The notes beneath the pieces are model-generated. The model ran no database searches and had not been told where the DNA came from. It saw nothing but the letters and a program-made list of their open reading frames with translations. The translations under genes and the position numbers were made by a program. Positions 1 through 11,500 of a stretch of DNA of 64,000 nucleotides are shown here, piece after piece. This DNA is from a virus. The stretch lies in the IMG/VR virus record IMGVR_UViG_3300009009_000003, positions 1 to 64,000 of that record, one strand, 5' to 3'. The stretch's first letter is position 1. Every line of letters begins with the position of its first letter.

Positions 1-564
1 AATAGTGCTGAGAAGGCTGGAAATAAGATGAAGGAGTCTTTTACACCTCTCTCCGAAAGACTAACCACTTCTTATTTTGAAACTATATCTGATACTCTTG
101 GGAATATAGTTAGTGCATCTGAAAATGCTTCAGAGGCATTTAAAAATATGATACAAAGCATGATTAAGGATACTATAAAACTTATTATTAAATTACTACT
201 TCTGAAGGCTTTGCAGCAAGCTACAGGAACAGCTACAGGAGGTATTGGGGGTGCTTTAGGAAAATATGCTACAAAAGAGCTAAAGAATTACGGTATAGGA
301 GGAGGATCAGAAAACAGAGGTTCGTTTTCTGGTGCTGCTGTTCCTTCGGCTATGATGCCAATGTTGGCAAAGGGGGGACTTCCTGCTATGATGGGTGGTG
401 GAGCAGGGGGAGAAACTTATGTGATAAATATTAATGCTACAGATGCCCAGAGCTTTGCCAATATGTTAAGAACCAGACCTGCTCAGGAGATGATTGGACA
501 TTCTGTTTCTGAAAAGTTTGTGCATAATTCTGGGCTAAGAAGGACTTTAAGGAGGGGTTATTAA
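1..564 (+). CDS. Tail tape measure protein, C-terminal part (5' truncated)
   Basis: Frame open from base 1. Helical segment, Gly-rich stretch and the typical TMP ending (YVININATDAQSF); directly upstream of tail-tip genes. Confidence 0.8.
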   Translation, partial: NSAEKAGNKMKESFTPLSERLTTSYFETISDTLGNIVSASENASEAFKNMIQSMIKDTIKLIIKLLLLKALQQATGTATGGIGGALGKYATKELKNYGIGGGSENRGSFSGAAVPSAMMPMLAKGGLPAMMGGGAGGETYVININATDAQSFANMLRTRPAQEMIGHSVSEKFVHNSGLRRTLRRGY

Positions 565-1208
565 TGAGCAACGAGATTTTCAAATGGCAACCCCATCTTC
601 TTGATTTTGATTCTTCAGTAAGATTCAATACTATAAGGAGCACATTTGAGAATGGTGTTGTCCAGAGAAGAAATTTATTTCCTAGGGAAATAAGAAAATG
701 GAAGTTTAATTTTCATGCAGGAGTTTTTTCTCCTACGGATAGGAAGAAAATACAAGATGAGATTTTGTCTTTCTTTATAGCCAGAAAGGGAAGTTATGAG
801 AATTTTTGGCTTCCTTCTTGGGAGTTAGAAGCAGAAATTACCGGACAGACTACTAATCAAATTACTCTTGCTGAAAGCCCCACTGCGTTGGGGTTTAGTG
901 CTACATCAGGGGAAGGTGGCAACTACATTTATATTTGTGATAGGTATTGCACAGGATTTGGGAGAAGCACCATTACTCACGAAATAAGAAGGATTACTTT
1001 AATATCAGGAAGTGGACCTTATACAATAACACTAGATGCAAGTTGCACCAATTCTTATAGTGCAGGTGCTAAAGTACAAAAAGCCTTTAAGGTCTATTTT
1101 GAAAACGATGAATTAGTTAGAGGGTTTAAGTGTCCCTACATATGGGAGTCCCCTTTAGAATTTGTGGAGGATGTGGCTGATGCATACTCAACCACTTTTG
1201 GATTCTAA
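564..1208 (+). CDS. Distal tail protein (lambda gpM/DUF2460-like)
   Basis: FNTIRSTFENGVVQRR...W, FFIARKGSYENFWLP pattern; follows the TMP. Confidence 0.7.
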   Translation: MSNEIFKWQPHLLDFDSSVRFNTIRSTFENGVVQRRNLFPREIRKWKFNFHAGVFSPTDRKKIQDEILSFFIARKGSYENFWLPSWELEAEITGQTTNQITLAESPTALGFSATSGEGGNYIYICDRYCTGFGRSTITHEIRRITLISGSGPYTITLDASCTNSYSAGAKVQKAFKVYFENDELVRGFKCPYIWESPLEFVEDVADAYSTTFGF

Positions 1209-2131
1209 TGAGTAAACCATCTTTATTTTTAAAAGAAGCTCAGAAGCAGAACAACGCTTTGATTAACCTTGTTGCCGTTGAGGTTAGTAAAGTATATTTA
1301 GGAAAGGCACAAACAGGAAGTTCTGTTTCTAAATATGTTCTTGATGCCAATTTATCTAATTTACTGATAGAAGAATCTACATTGACAAGTGGTGATAGAG
1401 GGGATGGTTATGCTTGGGTAGTTAGTGTAGAAAAAGGAAATGACATAGGAGCAAGAAGAATTGTTACAGGAAGGAGTGGTGTTGATCTATTCTTTACACC
1501 ATCGTTAATAACCACACCTGTTGCTGATTATGACCAATTTCGTATATCTAAATATATGTTTTTAGCTTGTTGGAATCAGCCAGTAGATTTTTATCTTCCG
1601 GATCATTCTAACACTACAGATGATATTGATATTAAATATATGCCGTTTCCCTTATCAATTTCCCCTGTCGGTAATACAATTACAGGGGAAATATATAATA
1701 TGGGGGTTTCGGTTTCAAATGTAAATAGAATAATAGGAAATGCTATTCAAATGGCAGGGGGGTTAAGAGGAAATAGAGTAATTCATTTACGAGTATTTTA
1801 CGGACTGACTAATCAAGGGAGAGATTTTTCCTTTCAAGATATAATGTACATAAATACTGTATCCATTACACAGGATAATGTAGAGTTTGGATTAGAAAGC
1901 AGATTGAACATATTGGGGATACAAATCCCCACTAATTTATATCTAAGAGATTTTTGCAGGTTTCTTTTTAATTCTACAGAATGTGGGTATGATGGAACTT
2001 CTTTGGATACGGATGCTTATCCTATGGCATCCAGCTCAAGTTGTGACCATACTTTGAGAGGACCAAATGGATGTTCTGCACACAAAAATACTAGACGATT
2101 TGGAGGGTTTCCAGCAATTGCCGCCAGATAA
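1208..2131 (+). CDS. Minor tail protein, lambda gpL-like
   Basis: C-terminal Cys cluster (CRF..ECGY..CDHTL..GC..H..RFGGFP) characteristic of gpL Fe-S tail proteins. Confidence 0.8.
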   Translation: MSKPSLFLKEAQKQNNALINLVAVEVSKVYLGKAQTGSSVSKYVLDANLSNLLIEESTLTSGDRGDGYAWVVSVEKGNDIGARRIVTGRSGVDLFFTPSLITTPVADYDQFRISKYMFLACWNQPVDFYLPDHSNTTDDIDIKYMPFPLSISPVGNTITGEIYNMGVSVSNVNRIIGNAIQMAGGLRGNRVIHLRVFYGLTNQGRDFSFQDIMYINTVSITQDNVEFGLESRLNILGIQIPTNLYLRDFCRFLFNSTECGYDGTSLDTDAYPMASSSSCDHTLRGPNGCSAHKNTRRFGGFPAIAAR

Positions 2132-2528
2132 AACCCATTTAGATTTTTTGGGATTACAGTTTAAGCACCAAGGTAGAGATTGGAATGGTGTTGATTGTTG
2201 GGGATTGGTAATTTTATATTACAAAGAAGTTTTGGGAATTGAACTTCCGGATTGGGATTATGAACCTGATTGGAGTAAAAGAGGTGGAAACTTTTTTATT
2301 GAGAAAAATAATGGAATTGGTGTTCGAGTAAAACGTCCCAAAAAAAATGATGTGGTTTTGTTTTATATAGATAAGAATACTAAAGTTCCTAATCATGCTG
2401 GAATAGTTACGGATACCTTTGCAAAGTTTATGATACAGGCAGGAAAAAGTGGGGTATGTTCAGCTTGTTATGAAGCACCAATTTGGAAAAATAGGTTGGA
2501 AGGATTCTATAGAATATGTCCAAATTAA
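2067..2528 (+). CDS. NlpC/P60 tail-tip protein (gpK-like); true start may be TTG near 2118
   Basis: GRDWNGVDCWGLV and NHAGI catalytic motifs; synteny L-K-I-J. Confidence 0.85.
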   Translation: MDVLHTKILDDLEGFQQLPPDKTHLDFLGLQFKHQGRDWNGVDCWGLVILYYKEVLGIELPDWDYEPDWSKRGGNFFIEKNNGIGVRVKRPKKNDVVLFYIDKNTKVPNHAGIVTDTFAKFMIQAGKSGVCSACYEAPIWKNRLEGFYRICPN

Positions 2529-5500
2529 TTTTAGTAACTAATCCTATAAACAACGAGCAGATAGAATATAGTGGAGATCATCCTACACTATTATCACTTA
2601 TTCAAGGATTTGTTATTTCCAATCCTGATTATGTAAACTACTTTTTTGGACAAGATAGTCGTGTGGCCATTCACATAAATGGTGAAAAAGTAACTGATTT
2701 CAATGTGTTAGAAAGTATTTTATCTGATTCGGATGAAATAATAATACACCCATCTATAAATGAGCCTGTTACTATTATAGCCATGATTTCAATGGCAATA
2801 GCTAAAATAGCTGCTGTTGGGTCTGCTGTTTGGGGGGCAGGTATGGCAGTAACCGGAGCAGGAACATTTGCTATGTCTGCTGCTACAGTAGCTGGAGCAG
2901 GATCAACCATTTCAGCGTTGGGTGGTACTGTAATTACAGTTGGAGGAATAGTAAAAACGGCTTTAGCTGCAACTGCTCTTATAGGTGTAGCTTCGGCTTT
3001 TTCTTCTCATAAACCGTCAATGTCTGGCGGTGATGACGATCCAGGAAGAAATTCACCCACATATGGGTGGCATGTTCAATCATCTTCAGATGAAGGTATT
3101 CCTATAGCAATACCTTATGGTAAAACCAAAGTAGGCGGAAACATTATTTCAACCGTATGTGAATCAAGAGCTTCTTTTATTTATGATTGGTTTGCACCTA
3201 AAGATAGTTGCCCTCTAATTGCTATTCCTTTAATACCTTCTCCTGTTCTTCCAATACCGTTTGTAAATGTGGCACTAACAGGATTATGGCCTCCTGTTCG
3301 TGGGTTTTATTGTAAACTAGATCCAAATCCTTGGTTTTACATATTCTTTTCTATAAAGGTTCTTACATGGGGGGATGTGGGTGATTTTAAGGAAGTTCTG
3401 GAGAACTTGGGTAATGATGGATATATAAGAAATAAAGAAGATTTGGATTATGCTTTTGAAGCTATAAAGAATGGAATTTCCGGTTTCTTCCAAAGAAGAT
3501 TCAATGCATCTTTTTCAGCACAAGTTTTGGCAAAGATTAATAGCTGGAGAGCAAGTGGAATTGGGGCAAATAAAAATGATGTAATAGATTTATTGGGGTT
3601 TGATAAATTAAGTTTATCCAGATCAGATTTTGGTAGTGGAAGCACTACGGCACAGAACACAATAATTGAAGAAATTTATCGGCACATTACTACAGTTATT
3701 TCCGGTAGAAATCTTACAATTGAAGTGGTTTTCCCTGCTTTAACAGGAACGGAGTACGGAATTACTTTTGATTATGAAGCAAATTCTGACAGAAATCTTG
3801 GTATTTACATTGTCGGTTGTATTGTAGGTGATCCTTATAATACCGTTCCTCAATGGTGCATCAGTGATTTTATGGGTCTTACTGTTAATAAGGATTTTAT
3901 TAACTTTGAGAACTTTACTCTTGCCGGTCCTCAAATAGGTTTATCTGATGAACAATATTTAAATCAATTAATAGCTTTAGGGGAAGGAGAATGTACAGGA
4001 TTAGAACAGGTATTTGTAAATGATAATCCTATATCAAGTTTTCCTGCTGTAAAGTATTTCTTCTGTCCAGGAAAAAATGAGCAGGTTCTTTCCAGTTTTA
4101 TATCAAATGATGAAATGGATTCCTTTACCAATACGGCAACTTCCTATTCGGTAAATGCAGAACTTAATGAACCTTTTGACTATGCTCTGCACACCTGTAA
4201 TGTTCCTGTAAATAATGTTTATGTTCGTTGTTCTTTTATAGCCAATAGAATGTCTGTAAAAGGGAAGTTGGGTGATCTTGAAGATAAACCGATACACTTT
4301 GCCATATTGGTAGGATTCGATGATACTTCAGATTTTAGTAATTTTATTCCAGGGTCTGGTGGAGTCGTAGGTGATTTAATTGCTAATCTTGCAAATTTGG
4401 GTATTGAAGGAAGATATATTCCCTTTATTTATAAAGAGTACGGTGGTAGCAGAGAAACAATACACAAAATGTACAGAGCGTTTCCTCTTGTTGATTATAT
4501 AAATGGAAAGATGGAGGATTTTGTTCGAGACTTCCCTGGAACTATTCAAGTAATGTGTGCTTTTTTTGGAATTACACAGGTTGATGGGGAAGATATAGAT
4601 TGGATGAAGTTTAATAGGGTGGGGGCAGGATTTCCTGGTGTTCCCTATTCTTGGGATGACTGTACCGATTACCGAGAGCAGGTATATGATGAGTTAAAAG
4701 AAAAGGTGCAGGAGCTTTATATTAATGTTTCGAGAAGATTGGTTGTAAAGGTCATTAGATTATCCCCTCATGTAGATAATAACAGATATAGTGATAAAAT
4801 GAATGTATTAGGATTTGACCAGATAACCTATGCTGGATTTAACTATCCTAATACGTCATTGTTAGGGATTAGAGTAAGAGCAACGGAACAGTTTTCCGGA
4901 AGTGCTCCTAAGATAACTACTATATTGAAGGGCAAAAAAATTCGTGTTCCTAAACTTGTTTTGTTAAACAATTCTGCTGAAAGGGTTTACCACGAGTTTG
5001 CTTGGTTTGATGAAGATGTAGGTCGATATAGAAGCATGAACCACAATGGTCAGCTTTGCATGTATTCAAAGGATTCAGAAGGAAATTATGTTTGGATTGA
5101 TGAATATAGCAATAATCCTATTTGGTGTCTATACGATCTTCTCACCAATGCACGATATGGACTTGGTTCGTATATAGAACATAGTGACCATGACATTAAT
5201 CGATATATAGCAATGGCACAGCATTGTGATGAAATGGTGCCTGATGGAACGCAAAGATTTGCTGCTGAGTTTACTCCTAATAGTTTAACCGATACGGATA
5301 TAGATTATTTTACTAAAGGGCAACTTTATTTTGATGAAGAAACAGGGAATTGGCTTAGGGATGTAGCCAGTAGTTCAGTGGATCAGACCAATTATGGGTA
5401 TAGAAAAAGAATAAATGGGCAGGCAGTATTTTCTAAAAACTCTTCAGGCGGTTGGACAAAATCAATAATTACAGAATTGCAGAGGTTTACTGATTCTGCT

Positions 5501-8500
5501 ACAGGAGTTTTTAGCTATGTAAGGTTTTTATTTCTTCGTGCCTATACAAATGGAACATCCTACTGGACGAATAATCCTCCTTTGAATACAGGTAATAGAG
5601 AATACCAATTAGGGGAAAAGCGATACCAATTAAATTTGTATATTGATGATCAGTCAAGTGCAATAGATACGGTAAAATTGATTTGTGATACGTTTAGATG
5701 TTCTCCTGTTTGGGTAGGGGGAATGGTTCGTCCTGTTATTGATAGGTTAGAAGATCCAAAGTCTGTTTTAGGTATGGGGAATATAATTCAAGGATCTATG
5801 GGGATTTCCTATACTCCTATATCCGATATTCCTAATATTATTACGGCACAATTTCAAAATGAAGAGAATTACTATGAGAAAGACACAAGGCAAATTATTG
5901 ATCCTGATATAGATGAATCTTTTTCTCTTGATATAACAAGGACACCTAGAAGAAAAGATATAAAGTTAATAGGGATAAGTAATCCTTCTCAAATACAAAG
6001 AGAACTGCATTATAGAATGATGACTGGAAAGCACCGTACTTCTCTTATTTCTTTTAAAACAGGAATAGAGAACTTAAATATGGTTGCCGGTGATGTGTTT
6101 GAATTTACACACGATCTTCTTATTAATTCAGGGATGAGTGGTAGGATACTTGATAGAGATTCAGATGCATTGATTCTTGATCAGGATGTTTCCAGTTTAA
6201 CAGGATCATTAGTAATTCAGATTAAGAACATTTCTTCTGACGGTACGGAGTCGGTAGAAGATTATTCAATAACATCAATTGGTTCTGATGGAAGAACAAT
6301 TCAAGTAAGCGGTCTTCCTGAAGTTGATTCTGATTTTCCGTTTAAATTTCGTCCTTATATTATTAGCAATGTTACAAACACTTCTGAAAAATACAGAGCT
6401 TTAACAGTAATTCCTGATACAAACGGTGAAGTGGATGTAACGGCAATTGTCTATAAAGAAGAAGTTTTTGGGGATAAAAGATTATTAAATAATGGTAGTG
6501 GTTACACAGCCTATAGTGATGGAACAATTGCATTTCAGGAAAATAGATTATCTTTAGTTCCTGTTTTGTTCAGCACCTATCCTGTTACTGATTTGAAAGC
6601 CTATGCTCAGTTAAGTAGTTTTGCAGGGAAAGCAGATGTAGTTTTATCTTTCCGACCTCCTGTAGCATTGAAATATGTCGGGGCATTAATACAATGGAAA
6701 GATCAAAGTATAGGATACTATCCTTCTGAAAATGTTAAAAGGGTGGGACGACAAGCAGTAAATCAAGTAATAATAGAGAATTTAAGTATAGGAAATACCT
6801 ACACTTTTTCGGTTACTGCTGAGTATAAAGATTCACCGGCAGCAGGATCCCATTATTCATATCCTGTTGAAGTTATTTTAAAAATTGATACATCGGCAAT
6901 TATAAATGATGATGATGATCCCGAAAATCCGGAGAATGAAATTCTTACTCCTAGTCCACCTAAGAATTTACGTTTGAGTCCTCTTAGTGTATCACCTTCA
7001 TTTACAAATTGGATACATCCTGAGCTTGCTAATAATTACTGTTATCATTCATTTTTTACTGTTGAATGGGACAGAGGTGGGTTTGATGGAAGCAACAATT
7101 TCTGGGAACAAAAGGGAAATTGGATTGACCATTATGTGTTATCTATCAAAACATCTTATGATAATAGACAGCCTGAGAACACAAAGGAAATTGTTCTTCC
7201 TTTCTGGTCAAGTTCCTATACCGTAACTCTTTTAGATATGGGAATACAGAGATGGGCAGATAGAGAAAATGTAAAAAATGTAAACATATCAATTGTTGCT
7301 TTTTCTAATCATGGAAGATTCAGTTCACCAAATGGGTGTGTGAGAATCTTTGCTCCTATAGATGAAACCGTACCTGGTCTTTCTCCTCCTGATAAGGTGT
7401 TTACCTATCCTATATACTTCGGTGTTATTGTTGAATGGATGAGTATGTATGATTGGGTGGATGTGGATCATTTTGAAGTGGAGCTTAGAGGATGGAAAGC
7501 TGGAAATGCGCCTAAGTCCACTACTGATGAATCCTCTTCTGATTATTACTGGCACTCTCCTTTAAATAAAAACAACCATGTAAAGAAATGTTCTTTGCCG
7601 TTTACTTATTTTCATATACCTTACTCAGAAAAACTAGAACGGTTGGGAAAATGGCCTTTTGGAGTAATGATAGGAGTAACATGGAAAGCAAAGGTTACAG
7701 TTGTAAATAAACAAGGGGCGGTAGCAACATCTTTTTCACTACCTGGGGATTCAAGTGACAGTGCCTATATAAATGATTCTAGTGGTGGGGGAAATGATGA
7801 TGTGAGTACAGGAGCTATACCAGATTGGGCATTATCAAGTACAACCACTAATACTGCAATATTTGATAATGTGGGGGTGTTTGGAGTTCCACCTACTGTT
7901 GATTGGATGAGAACTAATGCTCTTAATTATACTACTGATTATGATGAAAGACAGGAATTAGTTGATTCAATTGTTACAAATAAAAATGGAATTACTTATA
8001 ATTGCACGGCTCTTACTACCGGAGTTGCTAGATTAGCCTACCATAGTCCTGGGGAAGAAAGATATAAGGGTTTGTACGTATATACAGATGTTCCGGCAAG
8101 AGTATGGGTAGAATACCTTTGCCCTGTTGCCGGTGATTATACTTTAGCAGAATGGAGATATTTAGGTGGTACTTCTTCTCATACAGTAAGTGGTGGTTAT
8201 TTAGTTGATTTGGGTGGATTAACTCCTTTTTACACAGTGGATAGATATGTAAATATTCCAGCCGGTGGTACTCAACTTGATTTCCCATTTACTGTAGTAA
8301 CTAGATTTATTAGATTGGTTATAAGACCATCTTCAGGATCTAATGTTACAGTTAGGGAATTAAGATTTAACCGAACAGGTGAATTTGATAGTTTAACAGT
8401 TGGGGAACTTTCGGCTATTTCTGCTGATCTTGGAACGGTAACTGCCGGAAGTATTTGGATAAATTTAGTTCCTGAACAAGCTACCATTATTGACACAGGC

Positions 8501-11500
8501 AAAGGTGGTTTGTATGTCGGGGATTGGGGAATTGTAGGATATAACGGAAGAAGCCAGGTTGTATTCAGTTTTTGGACGTATAATGGAGCAGTAATGTTCA
8601 AAGGCTGGAATGGAGAAGCTGCCGTAATAGTGGACACTGGTGAAAATTCCAGTAGTACGGCAGATGGTGTTATTAGGATAAGTGGTTCTGGGAAAGGAAT
8701 AGTAATTGGAGATCAAGAGGATTCGATTACTATAGGAAGGGAAATAGGAGAAGGTGGAACTACTAATTACATAAGATTGGATGCTGGAACATCAGTAATT
8801 GAATTATCAAACGGCGGAAACATCAATGTTCTGACCGAGGGCCAAATTAAAATTGAATCTGATAAAGGGATTAAAGTAGGGTCAGCAGGAAACATTGAAG
8901 TAGCAAGCGGTGGATATATTAATATAGCTGCACAATCACGAATTTCTATTTCTTCCAATGGATACATAGAATTAGATTCTGATGGGGAAATGAGATTAAG
9001 TTCTTCTTCCCACATAAAAGTTGCTTCAGGGGGTGATATTGAATTACAAGCAGGGTCGGATTTGAACCTGATAGGAGCAACAATGACGCTTAGTTCTGAT
9101 TCGTTTATGGAACTAAACGGTACAAATGTCAGAATTCACACAAGCGGAACTTTTGGAATAGGTGTAGATTTTGATAATCCTGCTTTCCTGTTTAATATTT
9201 ATAATGAGGATCTTAAAATAGGAAAGTTTGGATCTAAGTCCATGATAATAAGTGGGAAAGACGGAGTATTCTATAGTTATAATTTTGAGTCAGGTCTTTT
9301 AGGAAAAGGATTCCAAATAAGTTCAGACGGATCCATAGAAGCAAATGATATTTCTTTGCGAGGAACATTGTCTGCTTCTACCTTCGTTTATGATGAAATA
9401 TCTTCTGTCGGCGGTAAGTTTATATTTACAAAAACAGCATCTTTATCAAGAGGTTTAGATTCTGTAGATGATGATGTTATATTTTTGGATAACGATCCTG
9501 GGTTTGATGTCGGGGAATTTATCTGGATAAAACAAGGGATATATCAAGAAAGGATGAAGATAATTCGTTCTTATCCTTGGTATTCTGATATGAGTTATTA
9601 TCAAAAAGAAGTAACTCAAGTTGGCACTCCTTTTAAATGGAGTACCACAAAATATGCCGGTGATTCCTGTGTGTTTTTTAATAATTCTTTTATCACTGTA
9701 GATGCAAATGATGATTTTAAGTATGACGGTGACTTTTGTTGGGAAGCAGCAGTATATCTTTTATCTGAAGAAGATAACGGAACTATAATTTCTGCTAAGG
9801 GAATATCTTCAGGAAATAATTTTTATAGAGATTATTCTAGTGGAGAGCATATTTGTACATCACGACCTGGATACCCACCTTCTATTGATGAAAGTGATAA
9901 AAAGTTTGGTTTGAGTAGCTGTAAATTAAAAACAGATTCTGGATCTTATACCTACTTTTCTTTTACACAACAAAATGAAAATGATATTAGTAATTTATTC
10001 TCCTCTTCCGGTGAAGAGTACACCATTGAATTTTTTACAAAACCGAGTGGTAATACTAGCGGAACTATATGCGCTTCCTATGCGGATTCAGAAGAATTGA
10101 TAATAACCGATCCACGATTTGGTTTTTCTATAAATTACAACACAAATAAGGTTTATCATACTGTTACTAGTGGGTATGAATTGGATACTGTATCAGGGGA
10201 GTTGACCCTTGGTTCTGATTGGGTACATGTGGCAGCACAAAGACGAGGAACTTCAATTGAAATATATGTAGATGGAAGCCTAACAAGTTCTTGTGATTCT
10301 CGATATTATCCTTCTTTTAGCGGTGAAAACATATGGGTTGGTAAGTGGCCTTTAAGTTCATATTACGGTGGGCAGATAGATGAGTTTAGAATATCCAATA
10401 CTGCTAGATATTCAGGGGAAAGTTTAACAGTTCCAACCGAGCAGTTTGTGAATGATGACAACACCGTTGTGCTATTTCATTTTAATGATGATAACGAAGA
10501 AATATTAAGATTGGGGTATAGCGGAGAACGTGGTTTTTACTTTCAAGCTAAAAGTGCTGAGAATGATGTCAATATTTATTTAGAACATGGTCAGATGGAA
10601 TCAGGGGAAACTTGGCATAATGTGGCAATTAGTAGGAACAGTGGTTCATTTAAATTGTTTGTCAATGGATCTGTAGTTGATTCAGCAAACACAGAATCAC
10701 CTTTGCCCGAAATAAATTACCCGACTATGATTGCTGCTTATAATTATATTCCACATTTTGTTGGATATATGGATGAATTGAGAATATCAAATGGGCAGGC
10801 TCGTTATACTTCTGATTATACTCCTTCAACAGAAATACAGGAAATTGATTCAGACCATGTTTTATATTTGCCTTTCGATACACCTGGGGGAGTTTATGAA
10901 GTAGAAAGAGGTTTTACAAGTACAGTAAGTGAAGGATATGTTGAAGAAACCTTTAACTACATAGATGACTGTAGTGATTTTCTTGCTTGGACATATTACA
11001 ATTTATTTTCCGGTGGGTATGGAATAATAAGAAATGATACGATAATTAGAACAAGCGGAGGTTATTCCAAATTAGATTTGCCCTCTGATTTTACTACAGT
11101 GGTAGGATCAAGATGGAATACAAAATTTAAAGTTAGCACCTCTCCTAATTCTATTTCCAGTACATATAAATTTGATGATTCAGAAACAAATTGTTATCAG
11201 GCATTATGCTTAGTCGGGGAGATGGAGGGCACAAGCGGTAGAGGTCTTTGTTTTACCATAGGAAGAACTTCTGGTGGGGTGCTTTCCATGTTTAGACAAT
11301 ATCATGGGGGAAGTGGCACGTTTGCCTATGAAACATTATTTCCATTAACTGAAGAGGCTATTTATGAAATGGAAGTATACGTTAAAAGTGAGTACAGTCC
11401 ATATTCTGGACTTTATGGTTATTATGTGGATATATATTTATATGATAGTAATGGGACAAGGATTTATACAATAACAAATGTCCCTGTTTCCTGTCATCTT